This document shows positions 23,029-36,596 of a stretch of DNA of 64,000 nt, in pieces (position 1 is the first letter of the stretch; the number at the start of each line of letters is the position of its first letter). The notes beneath the pieces were generated by a model. It did no database searches, was not told the origin of the DNA, and saw nothing but the letters and a program-made list of their open reading frames with translations. Made by a program: the position numbers and the translations under genes. Origin of the DNA: Octopus vulgaris (Eukaryota); the NCBI GenBank assembly GCA_951406725.2, contig OX597822.1, positions 79,050,001 through 79,114,000 on the forward strand, given 5' to 3'.

Positions 23029-23909
23029 TGTTCTAAAGATAAACACAATCCTCCTGATTGGATGCCAACTAATCATGAATAATATTTCTAAACAATTTAG
23101 TATTTATTATCCTATATACAACTTAACTAAATATGCTACAGTGTGTACTGTTCTAAATCAACAACTACCAGTATTAAAACATGAAACTAGTTGCTATTGT
23201 TGATTAGTTCCAGGTCAGCTTTGACAGAGCTGATTTATTAACAAAGATGTTGTAGTCAAGACCACCCTATCTTTTTTGTCACCTTGTATGTAGGAAGCCT
23301 CTGTGCAGTTGTTTGATTTGCTAGAAATAGCAGCCAAATCTTTTTCAATTCATACCATACTGTCTTTAAAAAAGATAGATACATTGGTCAATGTTATCTC
23401 TGATATACAAATTGCTAGGATGGTCCTGTTTCTGACACTCATAACACATACATGTGTGTGTATGTACATATGAACATGTGATATTTGATCTAAACACACA
23501 GAACGCAAAATATTTGTCTCTGGTTCAAGACACAAAGCCCAGGAGCAGTAATCGATAACAGAAATAACATAAGGAATGTGGTAAGTCTGTCAAGAAGAAC
23601 ACGAGAGAAGACAGAAACAAGCAAAAAGAACTGAAATGACCGGATGCCAAGTGCAACGAAAATAGAGACAAAATCAATAGGAATCAATAAATTATCAAAT
23701 ATAAATGGTGTAAAAGCACTTGAGTTGACATTAGATGGAATAAAATTGAAGAAAAAAATGAAAAAGACAAAACAAGAAAATGAAAAAGTTCCAGCCATAT
23801 AAAATATGTCCAATCATGCAATCAATATAAAATATAAATAACTTGCTTTAAACCAAACACAGCATCAGTCAAGAAAAATAATTCTTAACTGGTGAACTGA
23901 AACTACTAG

Positions 23910-23911
<2 letters not shown>

Positions 23912-23983
<72 letters not shown>

Positions 23984-24003
23984 TACGTGTGTGTGTGTGT
24001 GTG
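23912..24003. repeat. (GT)n microsatellite
   Basis: Read directly from the sequence. Confidence 0.95.
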
Positions 24004-24224
24004 TAATGTCTGTTTTTAATTCTGTGCCATGGTTTCAGAACTGGACAATGAATTTCCATGAGCTTTTGATATACTGAAATTGCTGAACATGAGTGTAAAG
24101 CCATAATATAGAAATAACAATCTCATTAAACTTATACACAGATATACTCAACCATCCACCTCCTCCCTTTCTCTAAGTTTTCATTGAGCACTGTTGTGTT
24201 ATATACCGAAAAAATCCATACATT

Positions 24225-24580
24225 GTGTGGTTAAGAGCACTTTACAACCACATGTTTTAATGTCCAATCCCACTGCATGCCACTGCGGGCATCTTCTAAT
24301 AGCACTGAGTTGGCTAGTGTCCTGTGAATTAATTTGGTAAACAGAAACTGTCTAGAAGTCTGTCACATATATGTGTGTTTGTGTGTGTCTTGGTGTTAGA
24401 GCTTGTTTCACTTCATCATTTGATGACTAGTGTTCGTTTGTTTACATCCTTGTAACTTAGCAGTTTGGCAAAAGAGACTGAGTGAATAAATATCAGACAT
24501 TTAAAAAAAGTACTGGGTTTGATTAATCTGACTCAACCCTTCAAGATGGTGCACTAGCATGGCTGAAACAAGATGTAAGA
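24225..24580 (+). mobile_element. Decayed SINE family B copy
   Basis: TGTGTGGTTAAG..., TAACTTAGCAGTTTGGCAAAAGAGAC, TGGTGCACTAGCATGGCTGAAACAAG. Confidence 0.7.
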
Positions 24581-24689
24581 TACTCAAAGGAAACATGAGC
24601 ACAAAAGTGATAATTTTCTTGATTAACTGAAACTGGAAAAGTATGTCTTTGGGTGGATTGAGATGTGGAAAGAAAACAGGAAAAGGTTT

Positions 24690-25830
24690 AAGTGAAAACT
24701 AGTGCCACAAAACCACAATGACAGGTAAGGTTTCCATTTAGAGGAGCAGTGTTTGGCCAGTGTGCCCCTTCATACTTGCACAAAGTTGGTCCTGGAGTTG
24801 AAATTGACTTTGCTCAAATCTTTGAACTGAGAAGCAAGAGTGGTGCCAGGTCCTGCGTTCTGATGCTTTGTTTTCTCAGGAAGAAAAGGAAATGTTGCTT
24901 TGCTTCAAATTGTCTTTTAGTTTGTCTTAGAAACACAAGATTGGCTTTCCAATTGACTTTCATTGGGAATTGGGCAAAGAGAAGTTGCTTCAGAATTCTG
25001 ATATCACTCATACATGAAAGATGACCTGACCATTTAAGCTGTATTTTGATGAAGATGGTTTCAATATCTGATATATTGCATTTTGTTAGTATCTCACTAT
25101 TATGAATATGGTCACTCGGTTTTATGTTGGAGATAGTGTGCAAGCATCGCATATGAAAAGCGTCAAGCTAGTTGATGTGCTTTCAGAACAGTGTCCAAGA
25201 TTCAGCACCATAAAGCAATGTTGTCAAGACCACTGACTTATATACATTAACTTTCACCTTCAACGATATGTTGTGGCTGTTCCATAGCCTGTAATGAAGC
25301 TTACCGAAAGTGGAGCTAGCCTTCCTGATTCTGGACTCAATTTCTTTATCCAGCTTCACACCATTGGATACTATGGAACCAAGATAAGTGAAGGAGAAAA
25401 CAGTTTTTAATGCTTTCCCATTAACATATACAGTAGGGGCAACAGCAAGAAGTGAATCATCAATGGGTTAAAGGACAAGATCAGTTTTCTTCATGCTGAT
25501 GGTCAGACCAAAAGCGTTTGATGCGCATGAGAAGTTGTTTAGTATCCATTGCATGTCCTCAAGAGTGTGTGCTACAAGTGCACAATTATCTGCAAAGAGC
25601 AAATCTCAAACTGTTTGCACCTATGTCTTAGTTTTTCCTTTGAAGTGCTGTTAGTTGAACAATCCACCACCAGTTATGTACTCAAACCTTACTCTTTCTT
25701 TAACAACCTCGAACACTGTTTCCAACATGGCGGAGAAATACAAAGCAAATAAAAGTGGTGCAAGAACACAGCTTTGTTTTGTCCCATTTGAGACTGTGAA
25801 TGAATCGGACACTTCTCTGCTAGATCTTGA
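24690..25830 (-). mobile_element. RTE-BovB-like LINE: RT domain and C-terminus, pseudogenised
   Basis: Minus strand: NGTKQSCVLAPLLFALYFSAML, DLLFADNCALVAH (FADD changed to FADN), FGLTIS, YLGS, LLYGAESWT, HMRCL..I.NI, QLKWSGHLSCM.D.RI.KQLLF. Confidence 0.9.
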
Positions 25831-26985
25831 TGGAAAGAAATTATGCTATTGAGCATCTTTTCTGGAACACTTAGCTTTGTATTATTCTGAGTAATAATTC
25901 GTCTTAGAGCAACTAGTACCAGAGAAGCATGTTAGCATTCTATAATGCTCTGGTTTGTGAAGGATTTAGTTTAACACATTAATAACAAAGTTGCCTGTAG
26001 TTGATTTGAGTTCAATACCCACTGGTTGATAAACCAACACTTTATTCCATAAGGCTATGCTAATCTTTGGAAGCCTTTCATGGTATCTACTCAGTTGGAA
26101 AGCAGTTGGACCAAGTCTCTAGTTTAAGGATAATTCATGAGTCATGATTTCTACCTTCCCCTTTCAGTTGGGGAGGTCTCTGGGCATGTCCTTCCCCCAC
26201 TGACTATGTTGTAACATTAAAAATATCCAATTCATTTCCACTGATTTCAATGTGCATTCTTTAACTTTAAACTGTTTCTCACAAGGGTGGTAGTGTTAAA
26301 AGAAAACAACTCTTAATACAGCTTCCTGTACGATAACAGTAAAGCATATCTGATACACTACAATAGATAGAAGGTGATTATACAAAGTAAAACAAGGGCA
26401 AAATAGATATAATAAACATAAATATGAAAATGAAGTGAAAAATCAGCTGATCTCTGCCATTTTCTACCTATGTACATACATATATGCAAATATACTCACA
26501 CATTACACACACATATATATAATACATACAGAGACATACTTATATTTATCCAGAGACACACATGTAAATAATTGCACATTATGTATGTAATTCTTCATGA
26601 ATGTGTGTGCACGTGTCATCTATAGCTATCTAATGGTGTATGTCACTTCACTCTGCCACAATACAAAATATAGTGCTTCCTACCTCCTCTCTCCTCTCAT
26701 ATCTATCTACACACACATACATGCACATATTCTTTCTGACAATCAGAAAATCTCTCTTCCTTCTTCTCTTTCATTCCATTATTCTCTCTATCTCACTCAT
26801 TCTCTTCCCCCCCACACATATCATTTAATGTCATACTTTTGCACATGTATGGAGAAATGTGAGATAAATATGGATCCAAATAAGTATGTATGTATGTGTG
26901 TCTATGTGTGTGGTGTCTGTATAAGTTTAAGCACATGCATTTCTATAAATATGTATGTAAGTATATATGTATTCATGCATGCATT

Positions 26986-27035
<50 letters not shown>

Positions 27036-27466
27036 GGCAGTTCTGTGAAGGCATGTGTGTGCCTGAGCATTTAAATGATCAAACAATAGAACAATGGATC
27101 ATGTCTCCTAAGTTCTGTACAAAAATATCTACCTTAACTGTTGGTAGAGTCATCTATGGATGGGGAGAAATGAGGAGAGGGAGAGACAAGAAAACCTGTA
27201 AAAAACATAGGTACTGGTAAGTAAATTTTGATAGAGGTCAAAGAGAGTTGCAGTGGCCGTGGGCAAAAGTAAACTGAAGTGGTGATGGTAATGGACAAGA
27301 ACAACCAGATTGTTTGAGGTGGGTAAAGGAACCTGGCATGTTGGAGATGGGTAAATAGAAATGGATTGGTTGTTGTGGGCAAAGGAAACAGGATTGGTGA
27401 TGGTGGCCAAAGGAAATTGCAGAGGAGCTAGTGAATAAGGTATAATTAAATAGTGGTAATGGGTAA

Positions 27467-27701
27467 AAACGGCGGTGAGCTGGCAGAATCGTTAGCACGT
27501 CGGGCGAAATGCTTAGCGGTATTTCGGCTGCCATTACGTTGTGAGTTCAAATTCCGCCGAGGTTGACTTTGCCTTTCATCCTTTCGGGGTCGATAAATTA
27601 AGTACCAGTTAAGCACTGGGGTCGATATAATCGACTTAATACCTTTGTCTGTCCATGTTTGTCCTCTCTATGTTTAGCCCCTTGTGGGTAATAAAGAAAT
27701 A
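27467..27701 (+). mobile_element. SINE family A, well preserved, with 12-bp TSD
   Basis: tRNA-like A/B boxes (AGCTGGCAGAATCG; GAGTTCAAATTCC); central TTTCATCCTTTCGGGGTCGATAAATTAAGTACCAG, recalled as Meta/MESC-like; TSD GGTAATGGGTAA at 27455-27466 and 27702-27713. Confidence 0.92.
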
Positions 27702-29014
27702 GGTAATGGGTAAGAAAAACACTGAAATGGTGATGGCGGGGTGGGTGGGAAAGAGGAACTGTAGAGGTAATAGGAAGCAAAGGAAATTGTAGTGGTAGTG
27801 GCACTAGGCAAAGGAATTTCAGTGGTGGTGGGCAATAAAAATTGGAACAGCAGTGGGGATGTTGAATTGAAAGGTGGGAAGGCAACATTAGAAAATAAAA
27901 GAAAAAAATGCTTTTAAACCCAGAAAGATAGTGCTACTGCTTCAAGAAATCTGCTGCTAATGAAGTGGGTGTATATGTAAGAGAATTCCAGCAGAACAGA
28001 ATTGTAAATGAAAGAGAGAGAGAGAGAGACAACAGTTATATTGTTCATTCGATAATGATGGGTATCAACTGAATTTTATTGGCTTTTGTGCTTTTGTAGA
28101 AATATGTGTGTATGTGCATGTGTGTTCACACACACATGTGCATGTATGAGTATATGTTTGTGTAGACGTAGATATGCCTGTATGCATATACATACATGTG
28201 CGTGCGTGCGTGTGTGTGTGTGTGTAGCTGAATAGAAGGGTTAATGTATGTAGTAAGTGTATACCAATGTGGAAAAAGAATACCAAATACAAATCAAGAG
28301 AAAGAAAGAGATATGAAGACATAAATACAGACAGACAGACAGACAAACTGTCAGACACAACCTAACGAGCTAGATATATATTTATCAATTTATCACCAAA
28401 GTATTATATTATTATTCTGTTCCACTGGATAAAAGAACAAACCGACCATTAACAACCACAATGAGCTTCACCATTTCAACATGTAATGAAAAATCTTTGC
28501 AGCTCAAACTTCATTTCTTTTGCATTTATTTATATATTTGTTGTTTTTTTTCTATTTTTATAAAAAAAAAATACATCTTTGTAACAGTAAATAACCCTAT
28601 CATTTACTTGTGTGTGTGTGTATATACAAGTTACATACACATGCAGTGAAGTCATATTTTCATATTCACATATGCACATGAAAATATATTCTACTATTAT
28701 GCAAATGTGCACAAATAAACAATCGCAAATATGTGTGCGTGTATATAAATGAATGCATGCACACATACATTACACACAAACATAGAAATATCCTCCTCAT
28801 CATCATCATTTTAAGATCCATTTTTCCATATCTGCATGGGTCAGACGAAATTTATAGAGGCAGACTTTCAACAGCTGCGCACTCCATATATATTACATAG
28901 AGCACTCTCAATGCAAAAGAAATAGAAATAAAACAACAAAAAACCTTGCATTTACCCTAGGTGCACAGTGCTCCAAACAGTAGGGAAGTGAAAACATGCA
29001 ATACACATAACTGA

Positions 29015-29610
29015 ATAATAAAAATGGTTTCAAATTTTGGCACAAGGCAATAATAATAATAATCCTTTCTACTAAAGGCACAAAGCCTGAAATTTGGTCG
29101 GGAGGGGGGCCAGTTGATTACATTGACCCCAATATTCAACTGGTACATAATTTATCAACCCAGAAAGGATTAAAGGCCGCTGCCTTAATAACAATAATAA
29201 TAATTATTTCAAATTGTTGTCTCAAGGGCAACTTGGGGGATGACCCCAGTGTGTAACTGGTACTTATTTTAACCACCCTGAAAGGATGAATGGTAAAGTT
29301 GACTTCAACGGAATTTGAACTCAGAATGTAGCAACGGACGAAATACCGCTAAGTATTTTACCCAGCATGCTAACAATTCTGCCAGTTTGCCACCTTAATA
29401 ATAATAATAATAATAATGGTTTCAAATTTTGGCACTAGGAAGCAAGTTCTGGGGAGGAGTTAAGTAGATTACATCAATCCCAGTCCTCAACTGGTACTTA
29501 TTTTATCAACCCCAAAAGGATGAAAGGTTAAGTTGACTGATGGAATTTGAACTCAGAATATAATGATGCATGGGTTAGCACTTAGCATTTTGCCAGCTCA
29601 GTAACAATAA
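29015..29610 (-). mobile_element. Cluster of 3-4 head-to-tail SINE family A copies and fragments within (AAT)n
   Basis: Repeated GGTTTCAAATTTTGGCAC and AACTGGTAC..ATTT...AAAGGAT blocks separated by AATAATAAT. Confidence 0.8.
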
Positions 29611-29899
29611 TAATGATGAGATTGGGACTTGGATGTTAAGTATCATGAAAGAAGATCCTGTGAGACCTTGTTGTCCACTCTTAAAAAATTAGCTGGAGCA
29701 AGTGAAATTATGAGCTCTGTGAAGTGAAATAATGACAACAACAATGATGACGATAATGACAACGAGGATTATGATAATGATACCAACAACAACAATAATA
29801 AAACTGATTAGAAAAACTTCCATGCAAATCCTGCTTCCTGATATCTGCTGAACTTGGGGTACTTGTCGCAGCAGATCAATACAAGTGTGAAGGATGAAA

Positions 29900-30150
29900 G
29901 AGTAGGACTGGCTGTGTACAAACTGTAATAATAAACTCCTGCTGTCCAGTGGGATAATTTATTCAAGCGTTTATAAAAGGCTAAGGGAGTAAACCCCTAC
30001 AGAAAATCCAGAGGGAAGGATGAGGAGCCTTCAGGTAGATATGTACAGCTAAATTTAACCAATATCCATCATTCCTTACAGCTCCATGGATGCTGCAAAC
30101 TTATTGACTTGTTTTTCCTTCATGGCATATCCATGAATAGGGATGTGGTA
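29900..30150 (+). mobile_element. Possible RTE-BovB-like 5' UTR fragment
   Basis: GGGAGTAAACCCCTACAGAAAATCCAGAG resembles a motif I recall from RTE-BovB 5' UTRs. Confidence 0.3.
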
Positions 30151-30680
30151 AGTGTACTTAAGGTTAGACATTCACTTCTGAAAATAGCCCAGTCACGACA
30201 GAGTATGTGTAATTTAATGTCTCTGCACTATGATTGATTAATAATGATAAAAGTCAACTAAGGTCTGAAGCAGATGCTGAGAGTAGCTTAGCAGAAGCTG
30301 AAGGAATTAAGATCATACTTTTACAAGTTAAAACCAAATCTTTGGAATGTTTATACGTAATGAATCAAAGATTGATCTATTCAAACCCTATAATTGACAA
30401 TTCTTATAGTAACAACAAATATATAAATGAAAGAAATACAGTATTTTGTTTTATTGAACACTGATGTAGGATGACTAACACAAAGAATATTTAGCTTTGA
30501 AAGAAATCTTAATGATAGCCTGAGGTAAAATTATTCTGAAGTATTTTGTTTCTTCCACTGCTATTTGGAAGATACTGTAACAAAAAAAAAGAAAAGAAAA
30601 AAAGAGTTTATTTTGGAGATCATGCTGGAATTGAAAACTTTGGTTAGGTCAAAGTTTTCCAATATTTCTAGTGTAGTGTA

Positions 30681-30879
30681 AGGTGGTGAGCTAGCATAAT
30701 CATTAGCACGCTGGGTAAAATGCTTAGTGGTATTTCATCCATCTGCATGTTCTGAATTCAAATTCCACTGAGGTTGACTTTGCTCTTTCATCCTTTCAAG
30801 GTCAATAAAATAAGCACTAGTTGAGCACTGGGGTCAATGTAACTGACTTAACCCCTCTTCCTTGTGCCAAAATTTAAAA
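30681..30879 (+). mobile_element. SINE family A with long TSD
   Basis: Family A head and core; CCAATATTTCTAGTGTAG is duplicated at 30659-30676 and 30880-30897. Confidence 0.88.
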
Positions 30880-32251
30880 CCAATATTTCTAGTGTAGAGT
30901 AGACATAAAGTGACCAACCATCTGGTTGAAAATTGTGGACTTTGTCCACTATAACAGTGGGGTTTGTTTTTCTCTTCCAAGATCTCAATTTTAGACCAAT
31001 AAGGAAACCCGTATGCAGTTGCTTACACTGATAAAACAGCAGCCAAATCTTGTAGAGATTACACCTTACCATCTTAAAAGAGAAAGGCTACATTAAACAA
31101 TGTAGTTTTAATACATTAAACCTGCAAAACAAAAACAAAAGCAAAAAAAACCCCCACTTAAGATGTAACGGTCACAGCTGGAATGCTGATTATAGGCCAA
31201 TGAGAATTAGCCTCCAGTTAAACGACAAAAAAAAAATTTTTTTAACAGCAAGATCTTTTGCCTCTTTTGAAATATTGGCAGAAAGTCATCCAAAATCACA
31301 TGTAGGTTTTTTTTCTGTTTCGAGATAAGTATAATTCTTTGATTCCTTTTATCATTCTTTAAACTTTCAATATTTCTCCTTCTTTGCTTTCCTTCTCTTT
31401 ATCTAATCCTTCAACCCTTTCCATCTATCTCTCTATACACATACACACACACACACACACGAACACACAAATTCTAATGTTTTCTTTTCTTTTATCTCCT
31501 CTCTCTTTTAACAACATTTGTTGTTTTATTTTTATTCTTCAGAATAAAAATCTTTAAAGTGCTTAGACAATAGCTTTTATACATATGTGTGTGTGTGTGT
31601 GTATAACTTTAATTCTTGGAAAAGTTAAAATGCCAAGGTTATAGATTCATCAATCAGGACAAAATGTCAGAGATATTAACCAGAAAATGATTACAGGATA
31701 TGGGGATGTGGCTTTCATTGTCAAATTAGCAGTCTGTAGAAAAACCAAGGAAACTCTAAACATGGGACTTTCAAGATTGAACAATTTGATTCATTAAGCT
31801 AAGTAGGTAACCTAGGCCCATCTTTTAACCCTTTAGCATTTATAACATTGAAGGGGTAACATATGCTAAAGTATTTATAAAAAAATAATGAAACAAAGAC
31901 ATATGGGACTTCCTGTATGATATGGTAGAGGGAGAGGGGTTACCCAACAACTAAATAACATGAAAATAAGGTTGGGTGTCAAAAACAATTGCTAAAATTG
32001 AAGAAGCATGGTCTGTGTCAGAAGAATTCATTTTAGTTAAAGCAAAGAAAGAGCTATTTGGAGGTTTCCTTTATTTAACATTTTAGTCTGAGAAGGATGG
32101 ACAGTGCTAGTAGTCTTTCCAAACTCTCTTGGGTTGATGGGGGTAATATAGCTGTTGTTCAATTTGAATATTTGCAGCTTGATACCTCAAGAGAAACCAG
32201 GGAGAGAGAGAATGTTTTTAGGATAGGCAGTTCTAGAAATAAAAGCTTGAT

Positions 32252-32471
32252 TTAACCCTTTCGATGCCAATCCAGCTGAAACTACCTCTGGCTCTGTAGT
32301 ACAAATGTCTTGTTTACAAAAATTCTAAATTAAAATCTTCCACCAAACCTTAGTCACAATTTATGTTCCTAACACTAACTAATTTATTTTACTAAATTCT
32401 TTGTTATATTTAAAATTAATTGAAAAGAAACACAGAGCATCTCAACAGAAATATTGTCACAAAAAGGTTAA
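32252..32471. mobile_element. piggyBac-type MITE (copy 2)
   Basis: TTAA-CCCTTTCG...AAAAAGG-TTAA; internal sequence matches 3082-3310. Confidence 0.8.
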
Positions 32472-32689
32472 GTGTTCAGTGTGGCATTTAGACATGAAGA
32501 GGAGAGATAAATCTTTGAGAGAGAGAAAAAGTATGAAAGAGAGGAAGAACTGATGCCAGTATTTGACTGGTACTTTATCAAATGACTCCCAAAAAGATAA
32601 AAAGTAAAGTTGACTGTGGCGAGTATTTTAACTCGAGTATAACTAGTACAATAGGTTAGTTACTGGAATCATTGTTTTAATATGTATTG

Positions 32690-32902
32690 CCATCATCATT
32701 TAACATTCACTTTTCCATGCTTGAATGGGTCAGACAGAATTTGTAGGGGGCAGATTTAATATGCTCAGATGCCCTTTGTTGCCAACCATCACCTGTTGTT
32801 AAGCAAGGTAATATTTTCCTATAACCAGACATGTTTTTCATTGAAACGAACTTTGCTTGTATAATGACAACACTTATTTACAACCATCACATGATGTATA
32901 GG

Positions 32903-32933
<31 letters not shown>

Positions 32934-33070
32934 TAAGCTTCCACATAACAAATCGACTCAAAAGGCTTTGGTCAGCTCAGGCTATAGTAGAAAACACTTG
33001 CCCAACGTGCTGCACAGTAGGACTGAGTAAATGATCACATGGTTGAGAAATAACCACACAACCACACCTA
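32690..33070 (-). mobile_element. SINE family E
   Basis: Homologous to 17195-17620. Confidence 0.8.
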
Positions 33071-33766
33071 CATTTCAATGTGAGAGTGCACAATCACACA
33101 CACACACACACAAATACTTGCCTATTTAAGTATCGGGTAATTCTTCTTAAAACAAAAAAAAAAATAATGTTTAATCTTTATTCTGTCTGGGGTTTTTTTT
33201 TTTGATTTTTTGACATTTTCTGAATGACATGACAAAGACAAGATTAAACAGTTCAAAATTAAAAGGAAATCAAAGGGAAATTCAACCTCGAGAATGTGAT
33301 TGGAATTGTCATTTTTCTTGTCACAAATGTAGTAGAAATAATAGTTATAATATTAATATAATATTAATGCTGTCTTTTTATTTGATGTTTGAGCTTGAAA
33401 TGGAAAATAATAATTGTTTCTAAAACAGGTAAAAGGCTGGAAGCTCATGGGAAGGGATTAATCAATAATATTGACCCCAGTATTTGACTGGTACTTTATT
33501 TTATTAACTCTGGAGAAGTGGAAGACAAACTTGATCTCAACAGGATTTCAGGCCAAATTTCAAGGAGTCAGGACAAATACTGCAAAGCATTTTGTTTGAT
33601 GCTCTAACCATCATTCTACATTATGATAATGATGAAAATGATGATGATGGCGATGTATAAAAATAATAATAATTGTTTCAAATTTAGGCATAAGGCTATT
33701 AATCTTGAGGGAAGGTAGTTACTCAACACCATCAGCTCGTATACTTGACATGTAGTTTATTTTATA

Positions 33767-34340
33767 GGTGCCGGTGTGGCTGAGTGGTAAGTAGCTTGCT
33801 TACCAGTCACATGGTTCTGGGTTCAGTCCCACTGCGTGGCACCTTGGGCAAGTGTCTTCTGCTATAGCCTCGGGATGACCAAAGCCTTGTGAGTGGATTT
33901 GGTAGATGGAAACTAAAAGAAGCCTGTCATATATCATTATCATCATTTAACATCAGTTTTACATGCTGGCATGGGTTGACGGTTTGACCGAGGTCTGGAG
34001 AGCCAGTGGCTGCACCAGGCTCCAATCTGATCTGGCAATGTTTCTACAGCTGGATGCCCTTCTTAACGCCAACCACTCCAAGAGTGTCGTGGATGCTTTT
34101 TACATGCTATCAATGTAGATGTTTGTGTGTCTGTGTTTGCCCCCCCACCCAATCATCACTTAACAACCAATGCTAGTATGTTTATGTCCCTGTAACTTAG
34201 CTGTTCAGCAAAAAAGAGACCAATAGAATAAGTACTAGGCTTACAAAGAATAAGTCCTGGGGTCAATTTGTTCGACTAAAGCCGGTGCTCCAGCATGGCC
34301 GCAGTCAACTGACTGAAACAAGTAAAAGAATAAAAGAATA
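33767..34340 (+). mobile_element. SINE family B, interrupted by an RTE 3' UTR fragment (33933-34112, -) and itself inserted in a decayed family A copy
   Basis: B head at 33767-33930 and B tail at 34115-34340; family A halves at about 33670-33766 and 34341-34440. Confidence 0.85.
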
Positions 34341-35292
34341 ACCCCCAGATGGGTGAAAGACAAAGTTGACTGGAGCAGTATTTGAACTCATGTAAAGAGC
34401 CAGAACAAATTCTGCAAAGCATTTTTGGCGATGCTTTAGCCATTCTTTTAAGTATTGGTTGGGATATCTTTTTTCATAAGTCTACTCAATCAGAGCAGAC
34501 TTGAGGTTAACAAAAACCATCAAAACAACCTAGAACTGGTAGGAGAACAAATCTAAGAAAGTTGTAGACAAAACCGGTGTGAAGAAACAGTAAGACATGA
34601 CTCTCCTTACAGATATAGGGAGATGATGACTAACATACCCAACATAATGATAAAAGACTAGGGAAAGAAATAAAAAAGAAAAATCCCATAAAGGACCTTT
34701 CAATTTTTTTTTTCTTAAATCAAGATGTTGTGATGTTCATATCTTTCCTTAGGATTAACAAGTTAAGTGGAGAGATGGCAGGATGCAGTTCGAAAGAACA
34801 GAATTTCAAATGATATTTGCCGAGAGCTATCACAACTATGGTGCATGCGCCACCTCCACTACCACCACCACCACCAAAAATAACAACAACAACAACAACA
34901 ACATTAATGAGTGTATACAAATGAAATGAAAATGATTGCATTATAAACACAATGCTGAAATGAATCTTTCACAGTTTCATTGAAATAAAACAAGGATTCC
35001 CTTTCACAGAGTTATTATTCACAAAGATATTTTTTCGTTTGTTGCTGTTTTTCTTTCCTCTATTTATTAACATGACAACTCTTCAGTAATCTTTTGAAAG
35101 GAAATATGAAAGTAAATTGTGTGTGAGGAGAGAGAGAGGGTGTGGGTGAAAAAGAATGGTAGTGGTGGTAATGATGATGATAGTGGTGGTAATGGTGAAT
35201 CTAACATGGGCAGAAGGCCTAGATATCAATAATAGTAATAATAAAAATGTCTTTATTTGCCACAAAGGAAACAAAATTAGAACATTAAAATA

Positions 35293-35348
35293 TAGTGGTG
35301 GTGTTAGTAGTAGTAGTAGTAGCAGCCGCAGCAGTGGTGGTAGTGGTG

Positions 35349-35410
<62 letters not shown>
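35293..35410. repeat. (TAG)n/(TGG)n tract
   Basis: Read directly from the sequence; source of the poly-Ser/Gly ORF. Confidence 0.95.
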
Positions 35411-35411
<1 letters not shown>

Positions 35412-36596
35412 AGGTTTCTTAGATTTATTAAATATTGATTTTATTATGATGATGGAATTGATAATTGCAATAACAAAAATAACAACAACAATAATTACAA
35501 TAATATTTTCTTTATTGTTACCACAAAGGCTGTGGTGCGGGGGAGGTCTTACATAGAAATTAAATGAGATGAAAAAAAATTACAAATATAAAAAGGCAGT
35601 AAAGCATTATATAAGAAAGTCCCAAGAGGAAAGAGTACAGCAGGAAGTATTATGTTTTGTCCATCATTGAAACAGAAATATCTTTACCAAAGCCACCAGA
35701 AAGTAAAGAGTAAATGAACAGACAGAATAAAAAATTTTAAGAAATAGATGTGTGTAGTTGAGAGAGGAAATTGAAGGAAACAGCAGGAAGAGAAGAAAGT
35801 GTGTGTGTGTGTGTGTGTGTGTGTGAAGAGGGTAGCTATATCTGTCTTTTCTTTTATCTTTTATCTTAATAAAATCCTGTTTCAGTCAGGACTGTGACCA
35901 TGCTGAGGCACAACAACAACACAAACCATCAAGAGAACAGTTACATAGATGCTTGATCTGCTCCTTTTAGCAATCAAACCCTCCCCAACGTGCATGCACA
36001 CACACACACACACATATACACAGTGACTAACTTAAAATGTGGATCATATGGTTTAAGCTTAAAATCTTAGGACAGCACTAAAGCTAAGATCTTATGCCTA
36101 GACATGCAGGTTGAATACTTTGGATAGTCATATCTTGTTGGATGTATAAAACAGCTCCAATAAATCCTGATAAACTACCATACAAAGACTGACTAATTGC
36201 CTCCATAGTCATCTCATTTATGCACACTGGATAGAAAAGATGGGTGCAGCATGGTCTTGTACCATATGTCCATTCATTTCATGGAGTCTACAGCATGGTC
36301 CCAAACCCCACCACACTAGTCCAAAGTAAGTCATATCCAAGGTTAAGACATATTTCTTCATGAGTGTACAATCAGCATTGTTATCTAATTAGTTTCTTTG
36401 GACAGAACTCACTGGAGTATTTCATCTCAACAAGAACACTGTTTCTACAAGGTTATTTGGCCTGTCAGAAATAGCAGTTGAATCTTCCTAAAATTAGACA
36501 TGCCATCTTAAAAGAAAAAACAGAAGAAAGGATATAAAATAATATTGTTCTAGATACATTACATCTGAAACTGAGGAATAATTATCATACCAATCT

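Noticed and set aside
27471-27560. tRNA gene (A/B boxes present; likewise at 2700-2758 and 37399-37470)
   Set aside because: No complete cloverleaf, and each continues into a SINE body, with a TSD in this case; these are SINE heads.
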